A stretch of 63,035 nt of DNA, filler included, from Phoronis australis (taxonomy: Eukaryota > Animalia > Phoronida), in the NCBI GenBank assembly GCA_002633005.1. It is 6 parts of 6 records of this genome, joined end to end, with 100 filler letters (N's around TTAATTAATTAA, not from the genome) between each part and the next. Parts side by side here need not be neighbours in the genome. Positions count along the whole stretch, not along the records: positions 14,754 to 43,428 come from NMRA01000393.1; positions 43,529 to 51,740 come from NMRA01000071.1; 4 more parts are not named here. One strand, written 5' to 3'. Both the position numbers and the translations under genes were made by a program. Below the pieces are notes generated by a model, which saw only the letters and a list, made by a program, of their open reading frames with translations, was not told where the DNA came from and searched no databases. Every line of letters begins with the position of its first letter. Position 1 is the stretch's first letter. Shown here in pieces: positions 39,202 to 51,840 of this stretch.

Positions 39202-39885
39202 GTAAGCACTTCCATATGGTGAAAAGGTAAACCAAGGTGGTCAAATTTGATTTATGGGGTAAGTAAACGGTTAAATTTATCTGGTTATTCATCTTCCAAG
39301 CAATGTCACATGTTTTTTTTTCGTCTTATACGTTATTAAGTTTTCAATTTCAATTTAATCCAACATCTGCCTTAGTTTCGGAAATATCCGAAAGAGCGCT
39401 CTTGGCAACTGTCTTTTTTCTGAAAAAACGGTGACGGAAATAAGGGCGTTCTTCCATAAACTAGTTACTTTTTGAATGCTAGGCATAACTGCACGCCAAA
39501 TGCAAGTGTTCCATTAATGTTGAAATCACTCCATCAACATATAAAAACACACTAGTTGGCACGAACGCAGTCGGGAACCAATTCATGACTCAGATCCATG
39601 CATTGGATACAAGGGAGTGGTAGTGCTAAACTCAAGAATGTCGAAAATAACCAGTGATATGTATTTTTGTAAAAACGGTAACTAAAGAACTGCATTGTAA
39701 AAACAATGTAGCCGTCAATTTTGAATTCACGGGTGTGTAGTTTACATCACAAGTGAAAACGTCATGATCTTGGAGGTTGAAACAGAAGCAATTAACACAA
39801 AATGACTGATGACGAAAATATTTTATTTGGATTAGTATACACTCTTCATGCGTTATCATATTGGTATGCAGCCGGTGGTACGGTG

Positions 39886-40079
39886 TTATATGGAGCAGGG
39901 AGTAGTTGCGATGTGATCACAATAGCACTTCTCCTCCGCTGTATTGAAGCGGGTACCCTTTGGACACTTGTGAAGGTAGGTTGAGCCGTGAGTGCCCCTC
40001 TGTGTGAAGAACTCACAGTTCATATCCGGTACAACGCAGTACGTATTTCCGGCTGTGCTACAGCAGTCTCGCGGCACGA
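39886..40079 (-). CDS. FAMeT-CBM14 gene copy 2, terminal exon (CBM14-like chitin-binding domain)
   Basis: (L)VPRDCCSTAGNTYCVVPDMNCEFFTQRGTHGSTYLHKCPKGTRFNTAEEKCYCDHIATTPCSI*. Same acceptor, length and 8 Cys as copy 1. Confidence 0.82.
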
Positions 40080-41158
40080 CTGAAATGATGGAAGAAACCC
40101 AAAGTGATATACTGTATCAGTTTTGTCAAAGAAATGTGAGATATTTTGCAATATTACCGGCAAAACGACTGCTTAAAGATGACGGTTGCTGCTAGTTATT
40201 AAAATTTACTACATGCTCAGCGTTTACATAAAACGTATTTGACGACTCATATATTGGCGTACAACCAGGTCTCGGCAAAATACTTTTGGAAACAGTGTGG
40301 TCTTCGAAACGCCATTTTATTTCCTTTCAACGTGGACCGCACAGCATTGAAATAAGTGCGGGCTAAAGCCCCAAAGCCCCCCGCCCAGCCCCCTATGGTG
40401 CGCCGCCCATGATTAAGCTTTCCGAATGAACTTATTCACTAGGAGAATCAACTTTTTACTTTTCGCTTGTCACTCCACCGTTTGGAATTTTTAACCTAAG
40501 GGTGAACTCATGGACTAAACCATTCACAGAGCTCATTGGCTTGCGTTCAGGTCACCATATGACGTCATTAGGTAAAAAATTAAGCTCACAAGATGGAAGA
40601 CGATTTGATTCGTTGTTGTTAGAAGAAGGTAAAAGAAGTGAATTACAACCGGTAAGTCCGTTTGTGGTTTTCTAAACGTGCCAAGGAAATTTAATTTTGT
40701 TAATATGATACTAACATACTGAACAAAAATTTTCCTCCCATGTTTTGGTTTGTAATCTTTTTCACTAAGTGGCGAAAAGCTCTCCGGTGGAACTTCAGCT
40801 CTGTTTACAGGATTGGCTACATGGAGCTGCCATTTTGAAGAAAAGTGAATCTTCAGTCGAATTAATGGACTCTTCTCACTAACAAAATATTTACAAGGGC
40901 AAGCAAACTAGATTTCTTAAAGCGACATTAAACCTGTGCTCATTGTCGTAAACCAACTTATGACTAAGGCAACCTGGTCTGATCAGTTCCCTATTCATTT
41001 TAGAAAGGATTTCTGGATTTTGGGAAACTTTATTTCAGTGTTACCTTGTGGATGAGCTTAGTCTGAAGGACTAACGACTGCCTTTCGTATACTTATTTAC
41101 CATGGTGTTTGAGACTAAATGTTGATACTTGGTCCTCAGCTCAAGATACCCAACTTAC

Positions 41159-41285
41159 GTTGTGGATTGAAAATTCTAAACACGCCTTGAGCTTCACTCG
41201 TATAGACTCCAACATCAGGGCTCACTGGACGAGTTCTGTACTTAGGATCTTTTAACGTCAGCAAGACTTGGTTAGCGGTACCAAA
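41159..41285 (-). CDS. FAMeT-CBM14 gene copy 2, coding exon 3 (upstream exons not present before the contig ends)
   Basis: FGTANQVLLTLKDPKYRTRPVSPDVGVYTSEAQGVFRIFNPQ C|gtaagt. 127 nt with intact splice sites. Confidence 0.78.
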
Positions 41286-42629
41286 CTGAAAAATTAAGTC
41301 AAGTTAGGTCGCCATTTGAAAAAAGTACTTCTTTTCAGGTTTAAAAATGCAAGGCACGCGCAAAATTTGCGTTTTGCACTGTGATTAAGCGCGGAATGCA
41401 CTGGTTTTTAAAACCTAGAAGGAGGCTCTTTGTAACTTTGGTGACTACATGAATAAGACATGACAGCGTTTTGTCGTTCAGCAATTTTTCCAGACGTCAG
41501 GGGTTCTGAACGTGCGATAACATCTGACTCCTTTGTTAACTGCCCAGCACAATCTTTTGTCCCGTATGACAACAAGAAGGCCAATTATCTCCCAGGCTTC
41601 AAAGGGTTACTGAAACCTGGCAGAATGGATTGTCTTAACTTCTGTTGTAGTTGGGCGATTTTGGTGACACAAAACCTAAACATGATCAGCATTTGACAAG
41701 GAATTCTGAAATACTATTGGTTCATGTTCAAATATGTTACAACTTAACTTATATTTATAGCAGCACAACCCAGTCAGGCTAGATAGGATCTGATCGCTGA
41801 TTAGAGCAATTATCAAACAAAAGAGAGCCAGGCCTCCAAACATAAATGCCAGAATGGAATTAACCAGTCGTGTGAGATATTGGCTACAGGGGTAAACTTC
41901 CCAACTTGTTGGGCTATAGAATCGAACAAGTAGGGAGCAACGGGAAAACACCGTAATGATGTATCATTGTTAAAGGTCTGATTGAATACGCATTACCTAC
42001 TAGTATACAGGACAAACTGCAAGTAGTAAAAGTACTGCGCCATTGATTTTTCCGTTGCCACTCACCATTTCATACTTGTTCTCGCTGCACGGAACTCAAG
42101 TCAACCATTTCCAAGTTCAAATTAAGATCATGTAGGACTGTATAAAAATGGTTAACTTGAGATCATCATATCTCAGACATGGCTGATCGTGTTCAAACTT
42201 CGAGATACCATGAGCTCACATACACTGCTTTTCCAAGCACAATTAGGAATTGTTTTTGAAATGTCTCATTTTTGCATGAGCGGCTGTCAAAAAATAGGGT
42301 ATGATTTTTATGAAAATACTCTGAAGATGCATAAAACGAAAACGAAAGAATATATTATAAAATTGTTACAGCGTTGTTGAGATCTCAACTCTTGCATGCT
42401 GGTTTCAAGTAAAATAATCATGTTGTTGCCAACCGTTGTGTTGCTATGGAAGTACCTTGGTTTTTCGCTAAAATTTACTAAAATGCCATAGTTACCTGAC
42501 CTATAATCAAATTGTTCACGCTTTCTACTGTTATTGGTTTAAAATCTATAGTTTTGCAGATATTTGGCATGTATATGCTACAACATACGTATGCAGAACC
42601 TTCTCGACAAGATTGAATATTTAGCAATG

Positions 42630-42803
42630 TAGGGAGTAGGGACCTTTAGACAGACTTGTGACATCTGAAGAAACAGAGAGATAGTTATAGGGAGTAGGGA
42701 CCTTTAGACAGACTTGTGACATCTGAAGAAACAGAGATATAGTTATAGGGAGTAGGGACCTTTAGACAGACTTGTGACATCTGAAGAAACAAAGAGATAG
42801 CTA
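42630..42803. repeat. 58-bp tandem repeat, 3 copies
   Basis: AGGGAGTAGGGACCTTTAGACAGAC… starts at 42631, 42689 and 42747. Confidence 0.9.
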
Positions 42804-43075
42804 TTATACAACAACTTATCATAAACATTGTTCGCTGCCTGATCTTTAACAACATCCATAACTACGCAACTATTTAGTGTAAGTGTAGATCTAATTGGTC
42901 AAGACAAGTCCTGGAAAAATTACCAACAGCCTGTGAGTGACAACTTCAATGACAAGCTCATATACACATTGCCAGATACCAAGTCTATATTGTCCTTCTT
43001 CAAAGAGCAATATGACCAGATAAAATGCAAGTAGACACTGGAAATCAACTTGCCACATACCTCGTTAGGGGTAAC

Positions 43076-43262
43076 CTGGTGGCCACAGTTGTATTGTCAT
43101 ATTACCAAAGTTAGAAGTAGCCTGGTGGCCACAGTTGTAGTCATATTACCTAGTTAGAAGTAGCCTGGTGGCCACAGTTGTAGTCATATTACCTAGTTAG
43201 AAGTAGCCTGGTGGCCACAGTTGTAGTCATATTACCTAGTTAGAAGTAGCCTGGTGGCCACC
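43076..43262. repeat. 43-bp tandem repeat, about 4.3 copies
   Basis: CCTGGTGGCCACAGTTGTAGTCATATTACCTAGTTAGAAGTAG units. Confidence 0.9.
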
Positions 43263-43364
43263 TTTATATTGCTATACTATTGACTCATTGACTCACAGTT
43301 CATCTATTATTGAATCAGATGTAGAGACGTTCCCTAATCTGCAGCAAGCAAATAAATCTGGGAA

Positions 43365-43428
43365 ACCTTGGCCATGTAAAGCACCTTGGCCATGTAAAGA
43401 CCTTGGCCATGTAAAGACCTTGGCCATG
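43365..43428. repeat. ~17-bp tandem repeat at contig end
   Basis: CCTTGGCCATGTAAAGA units. Confidence 0.85.
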
Positions 43429-43528
43429 NNNNNNNNNNNNNNNNNNNNNNNNNNNNNNNNNNNNNNNNNNNNTTAATTAATTAANNNNNNNNNNNNNNNN
43501 NNNNNNNNNNNNNNNNNNNNNNNNNNNN
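43429..43528. other. Artificial contig-joining spacer
   Basis: 44 N + TTAATTAATTAA (43473-43484) + 44 N. Confidence 0.97.
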
Positions 43529-43748
43529 CAGTACAAGTATGTTGATTTGACATCTACAGTACAAGTATGTTGGTTTGACATCTACAGTACAAGTATGTTG
43601 GTTTGACATCTGCAGTACAAGTATGTTGATTTGACATCTACAGTACAAGTATGTTGGTTTGACATCTACAGTACAAGTATGTTGGTTTGACATCTACAGT
43701 ACAAGTATGTTGGTTTGACATGTACAGTACAATTATGTTGGCTTGACA
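43529..43748. repeat. 28-bp minisatellite, about 7-8 copies, at contig start
   Basis: CAGTACAAGTATGTTGGTTTGACATCTA units. Confidence 0.92.
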
Positions 43749-45659
43749 ATACAGTGCAATGTCGTTTTTACCGTTTTCATTGAATTTCGTCAAATGTTCC
43801 TACTCAGCGCGCTTTCATATTTATACATGTTCGTTCCTGAATCTAGCATTCTCCAATGCCTGTAGATGGAAAGGTCAAATTAGAAGCGTTTGTTCCCATG
43901 CACAACGGTGTTAAGTGTCGAGTGTGGAGACGATGTTGATGAAGGTTGTTTTCTGATCAGTAACAACATAGTCCCTGGAGGCGCACGTCGAGCGTGGTCA
44001 GTACAGATAACAACATCAATACCAATAGCTAGGGATGGGAAGACGCACGGTGTAGACAGTAGGACGGAAGTACGGACAGTCACGTGGGTGTATTTGGCTG
44101 TGTAGGAGTACAACTAAATCCAGTGTGGCAATCCAGTTAAAGCACTTAAGAAGGAACGAACTGTAGTTATTGGGAGTAAGGTGCACACTGTCGAGTGACA
44201 CTACAAGACCGTCTCGTAAACAAAAAGTCATGTTTTTATCTCTCAGGGCCCTGTAAACCCAATGTTTAATATTCCTTATAAACTAGCCGGCAATTAGACA
44301 TCCTACCATTACTTAAGACACACGGGCGCGCGTGCCAGGCACACGTGCAGATTGGCCCTGGAGGTATCTATACCAGGCGCTTAGGAACGTGCACACTATT
44401 GGAGGGGGCATAGAAAATAATTTGACTTCACAAAAGATTTGACCCCTCGCATGATCTCAGCACTTTTACCTATCCGGCCCAGAACGTCGCCAATTTCACA
44501 TACATTCCCTATACAATTTCAACTTTTGATGTTTGAGGAAAAACCAGAAGTGAGCTACTAGAAACTTGGGTACCCATCAGGGGCGGATCCAGGATTTTGA
44601 GTTGGGGGGGCAGGGCACTGTCCATGTTTCAACAATCCATCACGAGAAATTATCACTTTTTATACCTGAACATGTTTACGAGTGTTACGTGTTAAGATTA
44701 TTTTGAATTCGCACTATCAAAACGACTTTCAGCGAGTGTAAAGGTAAAGTAAGACACTTCTACTCCGGAATCAATTCAAGAGAAATAACACGATGACAGA
44801 AGTAAGTAGACAACACATAGCCTTGAAATTTTTGGTCATAGTTTCCTACATTTTGGAGAGTGAAAATGAGGCCTACGGTCAAGATTCATTTTATTAGGTA
44901 AACGTTGAAAGGGCGCGGTTTTATTGGACCCTGGTACGTTCTCTTAAAAGCTGTTTCGACATCCCTTGTTTAGAACTTACCGAATTTCAACAACCTCCGC
45001 CATGATTCACCGACTCACCAATTTCTTCGTTATTTCAGACTGGCAAATATGATCTAGTACACTATGCTGTTTGAGTTTCAGATTCATTGGAACATCATCA
45101 AATTAATTACAAAATTGGCTTCTTCTATTGAAGCATCGTCTATGAATCAGGCAATTTTTCTAAAGGCATAAAATTAAAATTCAAAACCAGCGAACCTTCG
45201 CAGATCAAAGAAGAAAATAAGTTGGCATGTCTGGCCGTTACAACGCAATAAGATATAAACACTAAAGGCACACTCTGCACGCCTTTAGTGTTAACTGCAG
45301 ATTGCTATAAGTGGCGAAACTTTTTCAAATTAGTGAATCATTGCATGAACTTTTTAGACATATGCGCAAATATTTTACGGGCAATTGCCAGAGCAAGAGA
45401 TACGGGGCATCGTAGGAGATTGTTTTAGGCTATGTACCTTCAGTACATCAATAAGTTAGGCATGAACACTGCACACACGTGTTAAGGAGGGTTTCTAGCC
45501 TACAAGAGATCAGCTTCCTTAACATAAAATATTGCACGATTTCATAATCCCAGCAAAAAAGAGGAAATTGATTCTATTATGGAGACCCTCTTCATGAACG
45601 GTCTCCTAAGAAAATATGATAACAAATTAAAAGAAGGGGTGGCCACGGATACCCTCAAC

Positions 45660-45820
45660 AAGTCCCCTCCAAGGACTAGGGGTTCCCTCCAAGGACTGGG
45701 GGGTCCCCTCCAAGGACTGGGGTCGCCTCCAAGGACTGGGGGTCCCCTCCAAGGGCTGGGGTCCCCTCCAAGGACTGGGGGTCGCCTCCAAGAACTGAGG
45801 GCTCTTCCAAGGACTGGGAT
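45660..45820. repeat. ~21-22-bp GC-rich tandem repeat
   Basis: CCCTCCAAGGACTGGGGGT units, about 7 copies. Confidence 0.85.
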
Positions 45821-45886
45821 TCCTAAATATGAAAGGATGTGTTTCAACACGATTTGATGCTACCATTAGGGACCCTCTCTACCAGG

Positions 45887-46140
45887 AATTTATACTAATA
45901 TACACCACATTTTATGGTAAGTTACGTACCGTAATTTATGCTTAGTCTCGTACCATAATTTATGCTAATGAACTTACTTACCATAATGTATGCTAAGTTA
46001 CCTACCATAATGTATGCTAAGTTACCTACCATAATGTATGCTAAGTTACCTACCATAATTCATACTAAGTTACGTGCCACAATTTATACTTAATTATTTA
46101 CTATAATTTATACTACGTTGTGTACCATAACTGATACTAA
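45887..46140. repeat. ~23-bp degenerate tandem repeat
   Basis: CCATAAT(G/T)TATGCTAAGTTACCTA units. One further unit at ~46699-46728, after the LINE fragment. Confidence 0.8.
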
Positions 46141-46149
46141 TATAGGTAC

Positions 46150-46689
46150 CAAAGAGCAAAGGTAAGACGCTGGGTGTATTAACTTTCCGTGGATGCATGG
46201 AGAAAACTCTCTGCACGCAGAGAAACCAAACAACTTTTCCCAAGCCCCATTGAACCAAAAGGTTCAAAGAAACTGTTATGTTTAGATAGTCTTGCTATTA
46301 GGCAGCTGATTCAGGTTATTAGTGGACACTGCAACCTAGCTCCGCACCGTAACATCACAGGTCACATGGCATGTTCATTGTGTCCGGCCCAACTGTACGT
46401 GGCTTGGAGGCCGAGACTCCTCAACAACTGGTGGAGATTTGCCCTGCCTACAATAGTCACCGTAATCTACTACTTGATGGACACATAACTGGTTAACATT
46501 GTTAGTTCGTGCAGGTTTAATTGTCTTTCTGAAACAAACAGGCAGATTGGAAGATTTCACCCATGAGGAATCCGGTGATGTCGTGTCCCCATGTATCATA
46601 ATCAGGTGATCAGTATAATGGGCCCGGCCTTGTGGCCTAAACACGCCTGATGTACCGCAAAAGGCATCAGGCCACCTGCACCTTTTTTT
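46150..46689 (+). mobile_element. 3' end of a non-LTR retrotransposon (R1/LOA/I-like C-terminal zinc knuckle + 3' tail)
   Basis: LIQVISGHCNL..H…CSLC, then (frameshifted) GLEAETPQQLVEICPAY…FLKQTGRL, followed by the tail shared with 31562-31632. Confidence 0.65.
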
Positions 46690-47799
46690 AGGTTCCAAAA
46701 TTTATACTAAGTTATGTGTCATAATTTCAAAAATAGAAAACGAGAATCAGATAACCCCACTATGCCTACTCAGAGAACGGTCCCTGGATTAATTGTTTAC
46801 CATTCCCTGAAAACTTTTTTCTAAATTAATTTGCTCTGGAAAATCTGTACATAGATAGTTATCTGTGCATAGACAGTTCTCTCAGAATTTTTTTGAAGTT
46901 GTTGAGTGACAGGTTTCAGGGCTTGACGCTATGAAAATCGCCAGGTCGCATTTTGCGACAAAGCCAAAATCCTAGATCGCATTTTCAAAATCTATCCCGC
47001 ATTCATAAATTCCAGGTCGACAAAATTTCCCGACATTTTTACGGACCAAAATTGGTTTTTATGTCATCAGAAAATGCTCAGAATATGCTCTTGCGACGCT
47101 AAATACTCACAAATTTCATGTCGCAAAATTGAGTTCTTAAAAGCATATCATGCATGCACCGCGTTACCGTTCTTCACTACTGCCATCCAGTGAAAGACCG
47201 CGGAGCGCAAGGCAGTTGCCGACGTGAAAGTTAAATCAGTGCTCTCTAACCGACACATGCATTCGATTAGCTAAGTGTACAATGTGAAAAAGGAGAAAAT
47301 ACTCGTTGAAAAAGTATCCGCGACTTTTCTAGGGCTGACTTGCTATATGACTGTCATCAAATTCGTTAAAGATCCAAAGATTGATAACTCAGCTCGCATA
47401 CGTTGGAAATTTCAGGTCGCATTTTGCGACTTAATGCGAGCTGGCCAAAATCTCAGCTCGTATTTCCAAATTTCAGGCCCCACACGATCTATAATGACAA
47501 AAACCTTGGATCCTAACAAAAGTTCCCTGGCCAAGGTCTCACACGATCTATAATGACAAAAACCTTGGATTCTAACAAAAGTTCCCTGGCCCAGGCCGCG
47601 AGAGGGTAAATGTCGGAAATACGGCCCAGAGTGGGTAAGCGTGGCTACGGACCGCCGAAAGCGTAAATCCAGCACTGGTTGTCATGGTGACAAATGGGCC
47701 CTTAATTGTTTCTTTATTGTTTCTAGTACATATTACGATGCGTCTTCGTTTGCTCGAATTCCCCGGCCCTTAAACTATGACTGAAAATTATTACATTTT

Positions 47800-47968
47800 A
47801 TTTTTATATTATCACCATCTTCGTCGTCGTCGTCATCGTCTTTGTGATTATTATCATGATCATTATCATTATTTTTGTTATTATCATTATTATCATTATC
47901 ACCAATATTATAATTATTATTATCATCATCATCGTCATTATTATTATTATCATTATTATTTCCATTAC
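47800..47968. repeat. (TAT/CAT/CGT)n compound trinucleotide microsatellite
   Basis: Directly visible. Confidence 0.9.
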
Positions 47969-48150
47969 TAACTCAATACCTACACTGTCACATTTTTAAT
48001 TTTCTGTTTTAAGAGTTGATCAACATCAACAAACTTGAATCTCACATTTTTACCACATTCTTGTCAAATTCGAATTATCTGTACCTTCTATGTCTTAATC
48101 TTAGTCGGTAACGACAGTTAATTGCTTGCACCGTGGTCGTGAAATCTTAC

Positions 48151-48432
48151 CTTTGACTGACATGACAAGGTTGGTTCCGGCCGATGCAGCCCGTCGTGGG
48201 GGCATCTTGCTCCGTGATCTTTGACGTTTGGGAGTCCACTGTCCCGAGGTGAAGGTCGCCATCCGACGAAGAGATGGACTAATACGACCGGAAAATCCAG
48301 ACAACTGCGATACAGATGTTGACAAAGACGGCACAGATATCTTGTCCAAACTTATTTTAGGATACTCCATTGTTCTGTTTTCAGTCAGTAGATGACTTCC
48401 ATATTCAGCGTTACACCTTTTAGGGAGACATT
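48151..48432 (-). CDS. Probable exon of an unidentified Ser/Arg-rich protein
   Basis: tgttgcag|AA TGT CTC…GTC AAA G|gtaag. 282 nt, open throughout, phase 1-1, GC-richer than the flanks. No recognisable domain. Confidence 0.5.
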
Positions 48433-49299
48433 CTGCAACAGAACAAACATGTTAGAAGTCACTAATCACCGTTTCACCTGACGCGACGTCACAACCAACG
48501 GGACCCCATTCCCTTCGGCTCGTGCAGTCACGGTCTTCTCCTGCACACGTCAAGGAGTGCGGGCTTTAATCCCGCCAACTTTCATAAATTAATTACTTTG
48601 GTTATACGAACAATGGGCGGAAAATCAATTTCATTCCACTTAAAAGGGTTCATCCTTTATTTTCAAGACGACCAGCGTTTTCATTTCTTTCTATTACCGC
48701 CTTCTCAACGTTGTTCAGATTTACAGAGCAAATCGTTCCAACGACAACAATTAGTTAAACATGCCTTTTATCCAAGTAAGACCCATAAATCCATATCCGC
48801 TGCACTAGTTTAGTACGATTATCAATACACTCTTTCACAGTGCTACGAAAGGTAGCACTGTTGATTATTGTTTAACATGGCTTCTAATTGGTTAAAGTAA
48901 TGAAACCGACGTCATGGCATTCAGTCATTCCCATTGGTTGAAATCAGTGAAACCCCTTTAGTATGGCGACCACCTTTGACTTGAACGGGCAGTGATTGAA
49001 GTAAACAAAATCAAGGGAACCCCGATCGAGTGGCTTAGCCCAAACAAGTACAGCGCGTAAAAGTGTGCAAGTGGCGGCGACGTGATCGGTATACTTCCGA
49101 CCAAGGCATGCGCATTGATGCTCACCCACGGAATTCCGTGTGTCGTTCATGTTTCCACAGGGTCACTTTTCAGGCGCTGTGCCAGAGGGAACGGTAGATT
49201 ATCAATTCTTTGCCTGACACACGACAGAAGTCACTACATATACCATTAAAAAACTTGCCGCTTTTGAAAGACTCAAAATTGAAGACTAACATGCAGTAA

Positions 49300-49532
49300 A
49301 CCTACAGGGTAGAATAGGTTCATTTTAACTATAAGTGGACCTGCAGGGCAGAGTAGGTTCACTTTCACTATAAGTGGACCTGCAGGGTAGAGTAGGTTCA
49401 CTTTAACTATAAGTGAACCTTCGGGGTAGAGTAGGTTCACTTTAACTATAAGTGAACCTTCAGGGTAGTGTAGGCTCACTTTAACTATAAGTGAACCTTC
49501 GGGGTAGCGTAGGCTCACTTTAACTATAAGTG
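49300..49532. repeat. 39-bp tandem repeat, about 6 copies, each with an internal hairpin
   Basis: GGTTCACTT-TAACTAT-AAGTGAACC-TTCGGGGTAGAGTA units. Confidence 0.88.
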
Positions 49533-51525
49533 CTCGATCGACGATAGACTCGAACTAGAGGTCTCCAATATATTACTTATCATTACTGTTAATTAAAATG
49601 AGATGGAGGCCTGGTGGAGACTAGAACACATAATGATCCCCTTGTCGCTATCGTCTGCTACTTTTAATTCTACGCTGACGGTCTTTCGGTAGCGGTACAT
49701 CTTGTACAGTTTCAGTCTTTGTGTACAACAGTGTTAGTAATAAAGGAGCAGCACTGACACAAATCTCATCTAAAAGAATATTTACTAGTATTTCCATTAT
49801 GATGCTTACAGGATAGGTAGAATAATTATGTACAGGTTATTAACAAAACGACAAACACACGGTGTGTTACGTGTGCTTTATTCATTGAGACAAGGTGTTC
49901 CAGCCTTTGTGAAATGAGAATGTAATGAAACTTATCAGGCTAATTAACTCACGAGCACTCTCAAATAATGAAGTCGATATAATCAAGAACGTGACTTTAC
50001 TATCTGAGTGCACGAAGTGGATTGCGCGCTGGATGCCTGAACGAGACTAGCTCGAGATGGCTGCCACATTTGATCATGTGACGAATCAAATTGAGGGAGA
50101 CCCACATTGATGTTTTGAGTTCGTCACGTGACCTTAGACGCAAGTTTTTGATTTGTTGTGAGAAATAAAACTAAACAATGGGAACCCCATGTCACCTCAA
50201 GTCACCAGCACCAATTCGAGTAGTTTTTAAAAATTGCTTGTTTCTTACGTACTGCAAGAGCTTCCTGGTGATTTTCAAGTTTTCAAGGACTCCAGAAAAT
50301 GAGAATGTCCCAGCAAAAAGTGAAAGAAGATTAAATGTACTCCAGTGGTTGAAAGTGTAGAGCGAACGCTGGATCCAATTTTTCAAATTTTGTATCGTAG
50401 CTTCTTTGAACCAATCCATTACCAGCCGCAGCCCCACAACCAGGCGCTACACAAGGACTGTACGAGCAGGCGATGCAGAAGGCGCTAAAGCAGGTCATGA
50501 GGCGCACAAGGCTTTACATAAGGCGATTCACCAGGTGGCGCTGCACCGTGCACTGCGAACATATGTACCAGTAAAATCTTCTTAAGAATATTTGACGGCT
50601 AAAATAAATTTATTTATTTATTGCCTAACATCGATAGCTGCACTGGCCTCTATTTTTACACCAATCGTGCATTATTTATGAAAACGATTTAACAGACGTG
50701 TGCTATTGATTCTATGAATACTCGACTGGTAGCATGGACCAGGCAATCATCAGCGCCACAAAGTTACGTGAGGAGAGGACACTTTATATTTCACGTCACT
50801 TCGCACACGTTCTGGTACTTTTTGTTGGCAGAAACGAAATGAAAGATAAGAGAGTTCAGTGCCTAAAAAGGCTGTCAAAGGCATTCGGTTGAAAGCCTAT
50901 CTTTAACGGTAACACCTAGTGTAAATTTGGTTTAGAGCATCACTCTGAGCCCACCAGAACCATAAAGTGCCAAATGTAATGAACTAGCTACCTTTTGTCT
51001 ACGCCATCGCGAGAATCGCCTTTTAATTTAAGCAGCTGGGAATAACACACAATATGTTGGTCTTTTGTAGTTTGTGTTGGGATGTCGCGGTGACGCAATA
51101 TGGCACGAAAAGGCAACTTCATTTAATATTTGACGGGATTACATTTGAGTGATTGAACTCGCATTTCCATATTTGCTAAGGCTTTTGCTATGACTATCTG
51201 GTTAGCACAATACATCTAAAATATCAAAATCCGTTGAAGTTAGGCTTCAACGTTAGTCGATCCATCAACCTACGACACTGACTCGCGTCATCACGCCCAG
51301 GCTTTCGAGCGATGACATTTTTCTCGATATCCAACTGCTGGTTTATGATCCTTGGTAATTGGGCCATTATTGGTCGCGCCCAACAGAATTAATGAATCAG
51401 AATACTGGCTGTGGGTGTCTTCAAGTTTTAGGCTATAAAAGTCGCATATTTTCTACGATATCCAAAATTCAAGAACGTTTACTTTTCCCGAACTATTCAA
51501 ATAGCATATTTGAGCTTTTAAAATA

Positions 51526-51740
51526 ACAAGAGCAACGCGGAGCGTTGAAATGCGCCCACAATTGCACCGCATACGGTATCCTTCTAGAGTTGTTTATTGG
51601 TACCATAAAGTGGCCAGTAGAGGGCATACTTTGCAAAATGGAAAGGCATGGTCATTGTCTCCTCAATAGGCTAGGGGCAAAATGTGAGTAATCTTCATAA
51701 TACAAGCACATCCTATACACCAGTTGCTTAAAGCACCACA
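51526..51740 (+). mobile_element. 5' part of a HINE/DINE-1-like element, truncated by contig end
   Basis: Near-identical to the start of 61778-62853. Confidence 0.6.
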
Positions 51741-51840
51741 NNNNNNNNNNNNNNNNNNNNNNNNNNNNNNNNNNNNNNNNNNNNTTAATTAATTAANNNN
51801 NNNNNNNNNNNNNNNNNNNNNNNNNNNNNNNNNNNNNNNN
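51741..51840. other. Artificial contig-joining spacer
   Basis: 44 N + TTAATTAATTAA (51785-51796) + 44 N. Confidence 0.97.

Noticed and set aside
43880-44231. GC-richer patch with overlapping short ORFs
   Set aside because: No recognisable domain or consistent splice sites in any frame.
47777-47971. His/Tyr-rich ORF
   Set aside because: Translation of a trinucleotide microsatellite.
28221-49532. Tandem arrays of 27-43 bp as CRISPR arrays
   Set aside because: There are no unique spacers and no cas genes, and the context is eukaryotic. They are minisatellites.
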